Shown one piece after another: positions 45,151 to 54,140 of a stretch of 64,000 bases of DNA; position 1 is the first letter of the stretch; the number at the start of each line of letters is the position of its first letter. The notes below the pieces were generated by a model, which saw only the letters and a list, made by a program, of their open reading frames with translations, did no database searches and had not been told where the DNA came from. The DNA is from Fibrobacteria bacterium (GTDB lineage: Bacteria; Fibrobacterota; Fibrobacteria; UBA11236). Location: NCBI GenBank assembly GCA_017881725.1, contig JADGQO010000135.1:65807-129806 (forward strand), read 5' to 3'. A program made the position numbers and the translations under genes.

Positions 45151-46398
45151 CTATTTTGAGCGCGTCGAATCGGAAGCCGCAGGCAGCGGTTTTTTTTCGA
45201 CTATGGAATGGCATGAATCAGCGCGGATCGGCGCGGCCCCTGGAGTCGCGGTCGGCGCAGGCCCCGTGGGCGCAAGGGTTCCCGCTGCCGGTGCCGACGA
45301 GGCTGCCGATGTGGATGTCGGCTGTGTCGGTGATCCAGCCCCAGTTGCCGTCGCTGCGGCCGAGGTTGCCGGTGGGGATGTCGTAGTGGTTGACGAACCG
45401 GCGACGTTTGATATCGCTGCGGCAGGGGCTGCCGGGGGTTTGAAGCCGAATCGATACCAGAGCAGCAACGCGGCATGCATGGACGAAATTGTCCAGTGTG
45501 CGTCGCCGGATTCCGCGACGTCGGGCAAAAGATTTTTCCACGGCGTATGCGTATGGAATTGCTGATGGACAAATCCCAGCGTCCCGCTGATTTCCCAGGA
45601 TTTAGTCACGGCTTGTTCGAAACCGAGCAAAACCTCGAAGCCTGAACCGGCCGGATCAAACTGAGCGGGAGCCGATCCATAGCGGGTGTAGATTTCCGAA
45701 TTTCCCAAGTTCCAATACCAAAGTCCTTGGATGTAAAGTCCCAACTGATCCTTGACGGATAAAAGGGAAGGCGGGATCAAATAACGCAGACCCGTACCCG
45801 CCAGGTTACCCTGAACGGCGAAAAATTCGCTTCCGGAAGTCGTGGACGCGCCGCCGACGACCGTTTTGCCGACAATGGCCGTTTGTTGGTACCAGTAGGA
45901 TGCGGTTTTCGCCACCCAATCCAGGTAATCGGAAATGGGCCATTGCAATTGCAAACCGATGGGAAAGGCCAGGTGCACTGGTTCGTAGGCTTGCAGCAAG
46001 GTGAGGCTGTCGCGGCGATTGGTGGAGTCGACTTGCCGGGCGAACAAATCCTTGGCGCTCAAATCGATGAAATCCACCCCGGCGTAGATGGCCAAGCCGG
46101 GCAGCCGTTGCCGTATCTTGACGGTTACGCTGTCGTTGTGCGCGGAAGAAGTATCGGCCTTGACAGGGACATTAGGTGACCCTGGGGCTCCGGGCACTCC
46201 CGTCGCGCCGGGTTGCGCCGCTGGACCTCCAAATGGGGTCCGACCGGATTCGACTTGCCGAAAGGGATCCTGCGAAGCGGAATCGGACTTGAAAGCCGGA
46301 AGCGAATCGGCGGAGGCGGCATGCGCGCTAGTATACTTGCCTACCAGAACTGCCAAAAGGAATCCCGTCGCAACCCAGCGAGTTTTAAAATGATTCAC
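45151..46398 (-). CDS. Secreted hypothetical protein with C-terminal Ala/Thr/Ser/Pro low-complexity tail
   Basis: It has a signal peptide 'MNHFKTRWVATGFLLAVLVGKYTSAHA'. The body is aromatic-rich and possibly a beta-barrel. An approximately 80-aa 'AAPAAAISNVAGSSTTTTSPPATSAAATATGAGSPTQPTSTSAASSAPAAG' tail follows. Confidence 0.5.
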   Translation of the reverse strand: MNHFKTRWVATGFLLAVLVGKYTSAHAASADSLPAFKSDSASQDPFRQVESGRTPFGGPAAQPGATGVPGAPGSPNVPVKADTSSAHNDSVTVKIRQRLPGLAIYAGVDFIDLSAKDLFARQVDSTNRRDSLTLLQAYEPVHLAFPIGLQLQWPISDYLDWVAKTASYWYQQTAIVGKTVVGGASTTSGSEFFAVQGNLAGTGLRYLIPPSLLSVKDQLGLYIQGLWYWNLGNSEIYTRYGSAPAQFDPAGSGFEVLLGFEQAVTKSWEISGTLGFVHQQFHTHTPWKNLLPDVAESGDAHWTISSMHAALLLWYRFGFKPPAAPAAAISNVAGSSTTTTSPPATSAAATATGAGSPTQPTSTSAASSAPAAGTLAPTGPAPTATPGAAPIRADSCHSIVEKKPLPAASDSTRSK

Positions 46399-46988
46399 AG
46401 ATGCGTCCCCGATTTTCCGACTCCGTACAATCCCTGCGCGCGCACATAATCCAGGATTTGCGCCGGTACTCCGGCATCGGCCGGGTCCATGCCTCGCCGC
46501 AGGTTGTCACGGATGTCGGTAGCCTGCGCCATCATTTCGGGAAGATAAAGATTCTCTACGCCTGTAGGCAACGCTTCCAGGGCTACGCCACCACGAGGGA
46601 AAACCACCAATGTGACTTCCTGAAGGATTTCTTCCCAGCGATGCCACTGCTTGAAGTTCAGCCAATTGTCGGCGCCGATCAAAAAGTGCCAATCATGTTG
46701 CGAACCCCGCTCGTCTTTCAAGGCGCGGATTAGATTCAAAGAATAGGAAGGGTGGGGAAGCTGCGACTCGATTTCGGACGCTTCCATTCCGGGTTCATCG
46801 GCAATCAGCAAGCGGACCATAGCCAAACGGTGGCTGTAAGGGGTCCCCGGTTTTTCTTTGAGAGGCGGGTCCAGCGCCGGGACCCAGAGCAAGGAGTCAA
46901 AATTCAGGGAGGCCTTAGCCGATTGGGCTATGTAGAGATGGCCCGCATGGGGTGGATCGAAGGACCCACCGAAAATGCAAAGTTTCAC
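46395..46988 (-). CDS. nadD: Nicotinate-nucleotide adenylyltransferase
   Basis: 'IFGGSFDPPHAGH' (HxGH nucleotidyltransferase motif). It has a GTG start and overlaps both neighbours by 4 bp. Confidence 0.85.
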   Translation of the reverse strand: MKLCIFGGSFDPPHAGHLYIAQSAKASLNFDSLLWVPALDPPLKEKPGTPYSHRLAMVRLLIADEPGMEASEIESQLPHPSYSLNLIRALKDERGSQHDWHFLIGADNWLNFKQWHRWEEILQEVTLVVFPRGGVALEALPTGVENLYLPEMMAQATDIRDNLRRGMDPADAGVPAQILDYVRAQGLYGVGKSGTHL

Positions 46989-47899
46989 ATCGATTCCGAG
47001 CGCTTTTCCTGCTCCTTCTCGACTTTCTTTTGGCGCGCCAATTTGGAGCGGGCGGCTTCCAATTTCTGGTAGGCGGTCTTTACCTGCAGCCGGAAGGGAT
47101 CGTCTTTCGCGATCCCATCGAACTTCACCAAGTAGGATTCCGCTTCATCGAATTGGTTCAACTGGATATAGCAATCCGCCAGCTTGAGGCTGATCTCGCG
47201 TTGGTTGACGCGTCCGCCGTACTCTTTCAACAAATTCTTGTAATAGATGGCAGCGGCTTGCGGCTCGTCCATGCGCGTATACAAGCGGGCGATCATCATC
47301 TGCTTGGCCGCCAATTGATCCTTCAATTTTTCCAATTGGGTTTTGGCGCTATCCGCATAGACCGATTCCGGGTATTCATCGAGAAAGGATCCGTAGCTTT
47401 TGATGGCATCGGTGGTCTTGGTCTGATCCCGGGCGGGAATCTCGACTTGATTGGAGTTCACTTGCGCCAGACGGTAATGGGCCAGTTCCCCGTATTTTTT
47501 AGAGGCGGGATAATCTTTAAGGAACGATGAATATTCGGTTTCGGCTTCAATCCACTCTTCCAAACGGAAGTGGGACTCGCCCACGTCGAACATGGCCTCT
47601 TCGGTAAAGGCCGAACCCGGACAACTGGTCACCAATTCCGAAAGCGGTTCCTTGGATTCCAGATAATGCTTTTTCTCGAACTTGGCCCTGGCCTTGTCCC
47701 ATTTTTCCTGACAGGATTCCTCTTGGGTCAGTTTCTTATGCCCGAAACAGCCGGAAAGGCCGATGGCGGTACCGGCCAAAAGAAAGGTGAATCCCAGGGA
47801 GTACCGCTTGCGCGCGGCGATTGAATTGTTCAAGAGAAAAACTTTTTTAAAGAGAAAAGCATTTTTTAAGAAAAAAGCTCTTTTAAAGAGAAAAGCCAT
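46985..47899 (-). CDS. bamD: Outer membrane protein assembly factor BamD-like TPR lipoprotein with unusual repetitive N-terminal extension
   Basis: Lipobox 'LLAGTAIGLSGC' followed by TPR-like helices ('EAETEYSSFLKDYPASKKY', 'AAIYYKNLLKEY'). The N-terminal 26 aa 'MAFLFKRAFFLKNAFLFKKVFLLNNS' are encoded by an 18-bp tandem repeat. An alternative TTG start lies near 47833. Confidence 0.7.
   Translation of the reverse strand: MAFLFKRAFFLKNAFLFKKVFLLNNSIAARKRYSLGFTFLLAGTAIGLSGCFGHKKLTQEESCQEKWDKARAKFEKKHYLESKEPLSELVTSCPGSAFTEEAMFDVGESHFRLEEWIEAETEYSSFLKDYPASKKYGELAHYRLAQVNSNQVEIPARDQTKTTDAIKSYGSFLDEYPESVYADSAKTQLEKLKDQLAAKQMMIARLYTRMDEPQAAAIYYKNLLKEYGGRVNQREISLKLADCYIQLNQFDEAESYLVKFDGIAKDDPFRLQVKTAYQKLEAARSKLARQKKVEKEQEKRSESM
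47828..47899 (-). repeat. 18-bp tandem repeat x4 (GCTTTTCTCTTTAAAAGA-like) at the 5' end of the bamD ORF
   Basis: On the minus strand: atggcttttctctttaaaaga / gcttttttcttaaaaaat / gcttttctctttaaaaaa / gtttttctcttgaacaat. The units are in frame and encode (A/V)F(L/F)(F/L)K(R/N/K). Confidence 0.7.
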
Positions 47900-47912
47900 T
47901 TGGGCCCCGATT

Positions 47913-48833
47913 TCATTCCAGTTTGGCTAATTCTTCCTTAGCCCGTTCCGTATACTCGCTATCGGGGTACAAAGATACAACTTTTTTGAATTCGAGGGCA
48001 GCTTGCTTCTTATCGCCCAACCGTAGATAGCAGTAGCCCAATTTCAATTGCGCGTCGTCGGCTTTTTCCGTTTCGGGAAAGGTGAAAACCTTGCGGAAGC
48101 TGGCGATGGCTTTTTGGAAATTTCCATTTGCGAAATGACATTCCCCAATCCAATAGGCGCAATTGTCGGCGTAGGTGCTGGCCGGATATTTTTGCAGCAC
48201 CTCTTCGAATTTAATGACGGCTTGATCGTAGTTGCGGGCATAAAACAAGTCGAAAGCCTTCTTGTATAAGGTCGCCTCGCCTTCGGTGGCCGGAGGTTTC
48301 CGGGCGGCGGGTTTGACGGGGTTCTCTGAGGCGTTTTTGGCCGGGGCGGTTTTTCCCGTTCCGGTCTTTCCTGCGCCTGGTTTATTCGCGGAACCTTTGC
48401 CGGTATCGGCCGCAGACTTCGTTAATGCCGCGCCCGAGTCCAACGCGGTTGGGGAAAACGTCGCCAGCGGTTTCTTGGGTCCGGGACCCGCGCCGACTTT
48501 CGCCAGCCTTTCCTCAAGGGAGCGCAACTGTTCCGTCATCAAACTCATTTGTTGCGTAAGTTCATCGACCTTTGACACCGGTAAATTCGCCAATTCATCG
48601 CCAAGGGAAGACAGGCGACTTTCCATTTCCCGGACCTTGGTTTCCAGACTTTGCAGGTCCAGCTTGTTTTCCTGTGCCAATTTTAAGGCTTCATCGGAAT
48701 TTTCCTTCAGCTGCAGGACGTCGATTTCCGGAAGCGAAGGATCGCCGCTTTGAACCCTGGGTTTGGGCGCGCAGGCTAAGAAAAAGCCGGCCGTTCCTAA
48801 GCAAAGGACTCGCAGCAAGAGGGAATTTTTCAT
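47913..48833 (-). CDS. cpoB: Tol-Pal system protein YbgF/CpoB-like (coiled-coil plus TPR lipoprotein)
   Basis: Lipoprotein signal 'MKNSLLLRVLCLGTAGFFLAC', an N-terminal coiled coil 'LQSLETKVREMESRLSSLGDEL', and C-terminal TPR repeats 'YDQAVIKFEEVLQKYPAS...NCAYWIGECHF'. The track start at 48857 is a GTG extension. Confidence 0.7.
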   Translation of the reverse strand: MKNSLLLRVLCLGTAGFFLACAPKPRVQSGDPSLPEIDVLQLKENSDEALKLAQENKLDLQSLETKVREMESRLSSLGDELANLPVSKVDELTQQMSLMTEQLRSLEERLAKVGAGPGPKKPLATFSPTALDSGAALTKSAADTGKGSANKPGAGKTGTGKTAPAKNASENPVKPAARKPPATEGEATLYKKAFDLFYARNYDQAVIKFEEVLQKYPASTYADNCAYWIGECHFANGNFQKAIASFRKVFTFPETEKADDAQLKLGYCYLRLGDKKQAALEFKKVVSLYPDSEYTERAKEELAKLE

Positions 48834-48909
48834 GGTTATCCGCCGGTAGGCAATCACGTTATGACGCAGTCCTGTTTACGTACTTTAAGATGTAGTATAT
48901 TCAACTCAG

Positions 48910-50355
48910 ATGATCCTAGCAAGGTATATCCTTAAGGAGCATATCGCCCCTTTCCTGTACGCACTGTTCGTGATCACTTTCCTCTTTCTAATTGATTTCC
49001 TGATCCGAATCCTGGCGTCCATCCTCTCCAAGGGATTGGGTTGGCGCGTGGTGGTGGAAATCATCATGCTGAACATGGCTTGGATGCTGGCCTTGTCCAT
49101 CCCCATGGCTGTCCTGGTCGCCACGCTCATGGCCTTCGGGCGTTTTTCATCCGACAACGAAATCACGGCGATGAAATCCTTGGGCATCTCTCCGTGGAAA
49201 GCCATGCTGCCGGTGCTGCTCGTCGCTTTATGCCTAGGCGTCGGATTGACTTATTTCAATAACGATGTGCTTCCAGAGGCGAACTTCCGGGCCGCGGCCT
49301 TGCGCAACGACATCGGGCGAAAGAAGCCCACCGCTTTGATTACACCCCGTTCCCTAATCCGCGATTTCGATAATTACCTGATCTGGATCGATAAGCTGGA
49401 CGAAAAAACGGAAACCTTGGGTGGAATCCGGATCTATAATCTCGAATCGGGAAAACCGCTCCGCTATACCTATGCCGATTCCGCCACCATGGAATACGCC
49501 AATGGGGGAAAGAGCATCGTCATCCATTTGTTGGGCGGCGAAAACCATTTCGTCGACCATAAGGATCCCAACAATTATGTCCGCGTCCATTTCCGGAGCC
49601 AGGACGTCGCCATCGATAATGTGGACCCAACCCTGGAAAGGCATGAACGATCGTACCGCACGGATCGGGAAATGAAAGTCCAGGAAATGTTCGGTATCGT
49701 CAACGGCGCCAAGGATCGTTTGAGATCCTTGCGTACGGAATATACCGACAAGATTTTCGACGAGATGCACGCTTTGGATATCGTGATGAAGGCCGATACC
49801 GTCAAGACCGTGCCTCCCCGTTTGGTGCAGGGGCATTGGTATTTGGACGATCCCATCAGCTCCTTGGCGTACGCGGAAGTGAAGCGCCAGGAAAAGGATA
49901 AGATTTACCTGATCGATCGCTATGATCGCCGGGAAGACAATGAACTCATGGAGATCAACCAATTCATGGTCGAAATCCACAAGAAATTTTCCATTCCCGT
50001 GGCCTGCCTGGTGTTCGTCTTCATCGGTGCGCCGCTCGGGATCATGGCGCGCCGGGGCGGCATCGGCACGGGCGTCATTTACAGCATGTCGTTTTTCCTT
50101 TTGTATTTGGCCTGCATGATTCGGGGCGAAGTCATGGCCGATCATCGTACCTTGGAGCCGTGGGTAGCCATGTGGGGACCGAATATCCTGGTAGGCGCGG
50201 GGGGGCTGTACCTGGTCATTCGGATGGCCCGGGAAAATTATCTCAATAATATTTCGCTGCCGATGAAAATCGTCAAATTGATTCTTCGGCCAACGGGAAT
50301 TTGGACGCGGGCTGTCAAAGCCGACGAAAACCCGAACGGGTCCGGAAGCGCATGA
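48910..50355 (+). CDS. lptF: LPS export ABC transporter permease LptF (YjgP/YjgQ family)
   Basis: The N-terminus 'ILARYILKEHIAPFLYALFVITFLFLIDFL' is typical of LptF/LptG. It has six TM segments and a periplasmic beta-jellyroll insert. Confidence 0.8.
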   Translation: MILARYILKEHIAPFLYALFVITFLFLIDFLIRILASILSKGLGWRVVVEIIMLNMAWMLALSIPMAVLVATLMAFGRFSSDNEITAMKSLGISPWKAMLPVLLVALCLGVGLTYFNNDVLPEANFRAAALRNDIGRKKPTALITPRSLIRDFDNYLIWIDKLDEKTETLGGIRIYNLESGKPLRYTYADSATMEYANGGKSIVIHLLGGENHFVDHKDPNNYVRVHFRSQDVAIDNVDPTLERHERSYRTDREMKVQEMFGIVNGAKDRLRSLRTEYTDKIFDEMHALDIVMKADTVKTVPPRLVQGHWYLDDPISSLAYAEVKRQEKDKIYLIDRYDRREDNELMEINQFMVEIHKKFSIPVACLVFVFIGAPLGIMARRGGIGTGVIYSMSFFLLYLACMIRGEVMADHRTLEPWVAMWGPNILVGAGGLYLVIRMARENYLNNISLPMKIVKLILRPTGIWTRAVKADENPNGSGSA

Positions 50356-51431
50356 AAATCTACACGCGCCTCATCCTGAACGCCTTTCTGGGCCTCCTTT
50401 TCCTTACGGTCGGTGTTTCCATCGTGGTTTTCGTCGTGGTGGATTTCGTGGGCAATACCAAGGTTTGGCTGGCGCGTCCGCCCAAGGAAGTGCTCCATTA
50501 TTACTTCGACTATTTGCCGCATATCCTCTATCTGGTATTGCCCGTGGCCGTTTTGCTTTCCTCGGTATTTTCGGTGGGGAACATGGCGCGCCATTTAGAG
50601 CTCGTGGCCTTGCGCGCCGCCGGAATTCCTATCCTACGCATCTTGTCGCCCATTTTGTTTTTCGGACTGCTGTGCAGCGGCGTCATGTTTTGGTTCGAGA
50701 ATCGCATTATGCCCGACGCCAACCATCGACGCTATCAAATCAGTGAGCCGCATTCAGTCGATGGGGACGTTGGCGGGGATCCGCTGGAGAAATTCAATTT
50801 TTTTTACACCGCTTCCGACGGCGGCGTGTATTTCTTTGAGTTCTATACCGGTCATCGCAATTCCGGGCAAAACGTGACGGCCTTGACGCAACCCAAGCGC
50901 GGCGCCTTGCAAATGCGCATTGACGCCAAACTCCTGAATTGGGAAAAAAGCGGCTGGGTGTTCCATGACGGGACCCGAAGAGTTTTCAAGGATGGCAAAC
51001 TGCAAGCGACATCGTTCAAGGAATTGCCCTACCCGGAATTTCGCGATCAACCCAAGGATCTGTTGGACGATAGAACTTATCCGGAAGAAATGGGCGTGCA
51101 GGAATTGGATCGACGAATTGCAATATTGCAGCGATCCGGAGAGTCGCCGCGGGTTTTGGAAACCGAACGCTACTTCCGGTTTTCCAGCAGCCTGGTTAAT
51201 CTTTTCATGGCCTTCATCGGCACCGCCATGTCGGTCAATACCATCAAATCCGGTTTGGCGCGCAATTTCGGAATCGCTTTGGGCATCACTTTCCTTTACT
51301 ACGTGGCGTTGCGGCTGGGTTTGGTCATGGGCGAAAACGGGAGTCTTACGCCCTTGGTCGGGGCCTGGTTCGGAAATCTGATCTTCGCGCCGGTAGGTTT
51401 TCTACTGATGTGGAAAGCGGCCCGGGTTTGA
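50352..51431 (+). CDS. lptG: LPS export ABC transporter permease LptG
   Basis: 'MKIYTRLILNAFLGLLFLTVGVSIVVFVV' is from the YjgP/YjgQ family. Its ATG overlaps the lptF stop (ATGA). Confidence 0.8.
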   Translation: MKIYTRLILNAFLGLLFLTVGVSIVVFVVVDFVGNTKVWLARPPKEVLHYYFDYLPHILYLVLPVAVLLSSVFSVGNMARHLELVALRAAGIPILRILSPILFFGLLCSGVMFWFENRIMPDANHRRYQISEPHSVDGDVGGDPLEKFNFFYTASDGGVYFFEFYTGHRNSGQNVTALTQPKRGALQMRIDAKLLNWEKSGWVFHDGTRRVFKDGKLQATSFKELPYPEFRDQPKDLLDDRTYPEEMGVQELDRRIAILQRSGESPRVLETERYFRFSSSLVNLFMAFIGTAMSVNTIKSGLARNFGIALGITFLYYVALRLGLVMGENGSLTPLVGAWFGNLIFAPVGFLLMWKAARV

Positions 51432-53209
51432 TGAAAAGCCTGTGGTTCTTCCTAGCCGGGCTTTTCGGCGGCTTGGGAGGGCTGGGCGGAGAGTGGCGCT
51501 GGGCTTGGGTTCCAGGGTTGGCCTCAGCATTGCTCGGAGCCATGGGAGCCCGTAAGCGTTTCAGTGGACTTGCCCCGATTCCTCCGCGCAAAGGCCTTCC
51601 CGTGACTGTGCCTCCGACGCCGGAAATGGAAAATGAGGATCGGCGCAATGATACCACCCGCGCCTTCCTGAAAGGCGATTTGGCCATGGCCGGCCAAGAA
51701 CTACAGGCCCGCGAAACTCGTAGGTTGGCCTTGCAGGAAGTTGAAGACGCCATCGACGCGACCTTGTTCGACGGCCTGACCCTGCTTAAGGACGCCGTCC
51801 CCAAAGGACATACTTACGCGGTGCTTTTCCCCGGAAAGTCCGAAGGATATTATTTCCGCGCTTGGATCACCTCCAGTGATAACTTGGTACCTGGTGCCGC
51901 GCTGAACAGCAATCAGGGTTTGGCTGGACAATTGCTCAAGGAAAATATCAAACGGGTCCTCGAAGGGGACATCGTCGCGGACTCATCCCAACTGCATTAT
52001 TATTCCTCCGCGGAAGAAAAAATCCGCTCCCTGGCAGGAGTTCCCATCGTCGTGAAAGGCGTTCGGCGCGGGGCGGTTCTGGTCGATAGCCGGGAACCGC
52101 AAGCTTTCGATTCCGGGACTTTGGATAAGCTGGAGGCGTTGGCGCATATCGCCGGCAACCTAGCCTATCATGCCTATATGGCTTTTGAAAAAGGCGTGCA
52201 TGCCGACCAACTCACCGCGTTGACCAATTACCAGCGCAAGTTCCTGGAAAACATGTCCGTCGAAAATATCGTTGGCCATGTGCAGAATTACATGGCCGAA
52301 TGCCTGGAGGGCGATCGTTTTATGGTGGTTGAGCGGAAGGAACGCCACGGTAATACGGCCCGCATCACCAGTTGCTTGGGCACCAGTGCGGCGGACCTGC
52401 AAGGTCTGGAATTTTCCTTGCTGGACAAGGGTTTGGTGAGTTTGGTTTTCGAGAAGGAGCAAATCATCAATCGCGCCTTTCCGCCCAACCCGTATGTCCC
52501 ACGGTTCAGCCCCGGGGAAAAGGCCCAAGGGCGCATGGCCAGCTTATTGGCCGTACCCGTTCCGACGGATCAAGGCTTGGACATGGCTTTGGTCGTCGAA
52601 TCAGCCCGGTCCCGGCGCTTTCCGGAACATCAACAGAACATGCTTACGACCATCGCGCGCGCGGCGGGATTCGCTCTTTCCAGAGCGCGGCTCTATCAAG
52701 AGAAGGAGCAATTGGCCAGTCGCGACGGGTTGACCGGCGTCGATAATCATCGCACTTTCCAGGAACGTTTCCAGACTGAAATTCTCCGCGCTCAACGCTA
52801 TAACCATCAATTGGCCGTGCTCATGATGGATATCGATTTTTTCAAAAAGGTCAATGATTCCCATGGCCATCCTATCGGCGACGTGGTCTTGAAGGACGTT
52901 GCGAAAATCATTTCGCAGAGCATCCGTGCGGGTACGGATCTATTGGCCCGCTACGGCGGCGAGGAATTCGTCTGCATGCTGGCCGACACGGATCGAACGT
53001 TGGCGGCGGAAACGGCCGAGCGCATCCGCGAAAGCGTGGCCACGCGGGTTTTCGAGGCCGGCTCGACGCGCTTTCAGGTGACCCTCAGTATCGGCGGGGC
53101 GATGTATCCCTCCGACTCCAAGCATGGACGGGAAATCCTGGAAAAAGCGGACAAGTCATTGTACCGGGCCAAGGAAACCGGTCGAAATCGTTTGGTATTC
53201 TACAATTAA
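51431..53209 (+). CDS. GAF-domain-containing diguanylate cyclase (GGDEF)
   Basis: The C-terminus has 'RYGGEEFVCML' (GGEEF active site), 'DIDFFKKVND' and 'RAKETGRNR'. The N-terminus has two GAF-like regions. ATG 51431 overlaps the lptG stop. Confidence 0.85.
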   Translation: MKSLWFFLAGLFGGLGGLGGEWRWAWVPGLASALLGAMGARKRFSGLAPIPPRKGLPVTVPPTPEMENEDRRNDTTRAFLKGDLAMAGQELQARETRRLALQEVEDAIDATLFDGLTLLKDAVPKGHTYAVLFPGKSEGYYFRAWITSSDNLVPGAALNSNQGLAGQLLKENIKRVLEGDIVADSSQLHYYSSAEEKIRSLAGVPIVVKGVRRGAVLVDSREPQAFDSGTLDKLEALAHIAGNLAYHAYMAFEKGVHADQLTALTNYQRKFLENMSVENIVGHVQNYMAECLEGDRFMVVERKERHGNTARITSCLGTSAADLQGLEFSLLDKGLVSLVFEKEQIINRAFPPNPYVPRFSPGEKAQGRMASLLAVPVPTDQGLDMALVVESARSRRFPEHQQNMLTTIARAAGFALSRARLYQEKEQLASRDGLTGVDNHRTFQERFQTEILRAQRYNHQLAVLMMDIDFFKKVNDSHGHPIGDVVLKDVAKIISQSIRAGTDLLARYGGEEFVCMLADTDRTLAAETAERIRESVATRVFEAGSTRFQVTLSIGGAMYPSDSKHGREILEKADKSLYRAKETGRNRLVFYN

Positions 53210-53212
53210 GCC

Positions 53213-53830
53213 ATGCTGTTACCTCCCGACGACGAATATTTCATGCGCCAGGCCCTGCGCGAAGCCCAAGCCGCCTATGGTGATGGAGAAGTCCCCATCG
53301 GTTGCGTCATCGTTAAAGACGGTAAAATTCTGGGCCGGGGCCGCAATCATATGGAGACGTTGCAGGATCCCACCGCGCATGCGGAAATCCTGGCCTTAGG
53401 CGCGGCCAGCGGCGCTCTGAAGAATTGGCGCTTGGAAGGCTGTACCTTGTACGTTACGCTGGAGCCTTGCCCCATGTGCGCCGGGGCCATACTAAACGGT
53501 CGAATCGCCAAGGTGGTGTATGGCGCGCAGGACAAGCGGCTCGGGGCCTTGGGATCGACCTACAACATCTTATCCGAGAATCCCATCAATCGGAAAATCG
53601 ACATCGTCCCTGGCATTTTAGGCGGCGAATGCCTCGATCTGCTCAAATCCTTTTTCCGGGAGATTCGCATTCGCGGCCCTAAAAAGAAACTGGCCGCTTC
53701 GGACCATCCCGATGAGTTGAGCGCAGCCGAGCAAGTTCCGGGGCGGAATTTATCCGAGCTCTCCGGCTTTGAGGAAGTGGACAGTGAAATGGATGGGGAT
53801 ATTGACGGGGAATTCGAAGAGGATTCCTGA
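53213..53830 (+). CDS. tadA: tRNA-specific adenosine-34 deaminase with acidic C-terminal extension
   Basis: 'TAHAEILAL' and 'EPCPMCAGA' are the zinc-ligand motifs. The C-terminal tail is acidic: 'ELSGFEEVDSEMDGDIDGEFEEDS'. Confidence 0.9.
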   Translation: MLLPPDDEYFMRQALREAQAAYGDGEVPIGCVIVKDGKILGRGRNHMETLQDPTAHAEILALGAASGALKNWRLEGCTLYVTLEPCPMCAGAILNGRIAKVVYGAQDKRLGALGSTYNILSENPINRKIDIVPGILGGECLDLLKSFFREIRIRGPKKKLAASDHPDELSAAEQVPGRNLSELSGFEEVDSEMDGDIDGEFEEDS

Positions 53831-53987
53831 CAACCCGGTATGACCCTACTTGGTAGGGACTGCGTCTTTGAATATATTGGTGACGCTCATCTCGGAAGGC
53901 TCGGACCTCACGCAATAGTGGAGAGCTGAACCCCGCCAGGACGAAAGTAGCAACGGTAGGCATCAAGCCTATGTGCCGTGCCAAAGT

Positions 53988-54116
53988 CCGCCGCCAACTG
54001 AGGTGAGCACTATTAAAGTCAATTAGTTGGCGCGCTAACTGAGGTGAGCACCTTTTTTACATCTCAGTTGGCGCGCTGACTGAGATGAGCACCTTTTTTT
54101 TACATCAGTTGGCGAT
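53988..54116. repeat. Three tandem approximately 40-bp imperfect direct repeats, each forming a long hairpin (CGCCAACTGAG(G/A)TG...CATCTCAGTTGGCG) with T-rich loops, between convergent tadA and def
   Basis: ccgccAACTGAGGTGAGCAC...GTTGGCG / cgcTAACTGAGGTGAGCACCttttttaCATCTCAGTTGGCG / cgcTGACTGAGATGAGCACCttttttttaCATCAGTTGGCG. Confidence 0.65.
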
Positions 54117-54140
54117 GATTTCCAAACCCCGCAAACCCCG

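Noticed and set aside
45131-45572. Plus- and minus-strand ORFs over the Ala/Thr/Pro-rich region
   Set aside because: They are alternative-frame artefacts of the low-complexity GC-rich tail of the 45151-46398 secreted protein.
46952-47530. 192-aa plus-strand ORF
   Set aside because: It is antisense inside bamD.
49354-50145. 263-aa minus-strand ORF
   Set aside because: It is antisense inside lptF.
53860-53990. SRP (4.5S) RNA gene call
   Set aside because: Only a local AGG-AC-GAAA-GU-AGCA helix-8-like motif is visible, with a 2-bp rather than 3-bp closing stem. I could not find complementary 5'/3' arms to build the full hairpin. It is kept as a low-confidence observation and not annotated as ncRNA.
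53988-54116. Possible CRISPR array
   Set aside because: There are only three repeat units. The repeats are themselves long palindromes with T-rich loops and have no uniform-length unique spacers. No cas genes are in the window.
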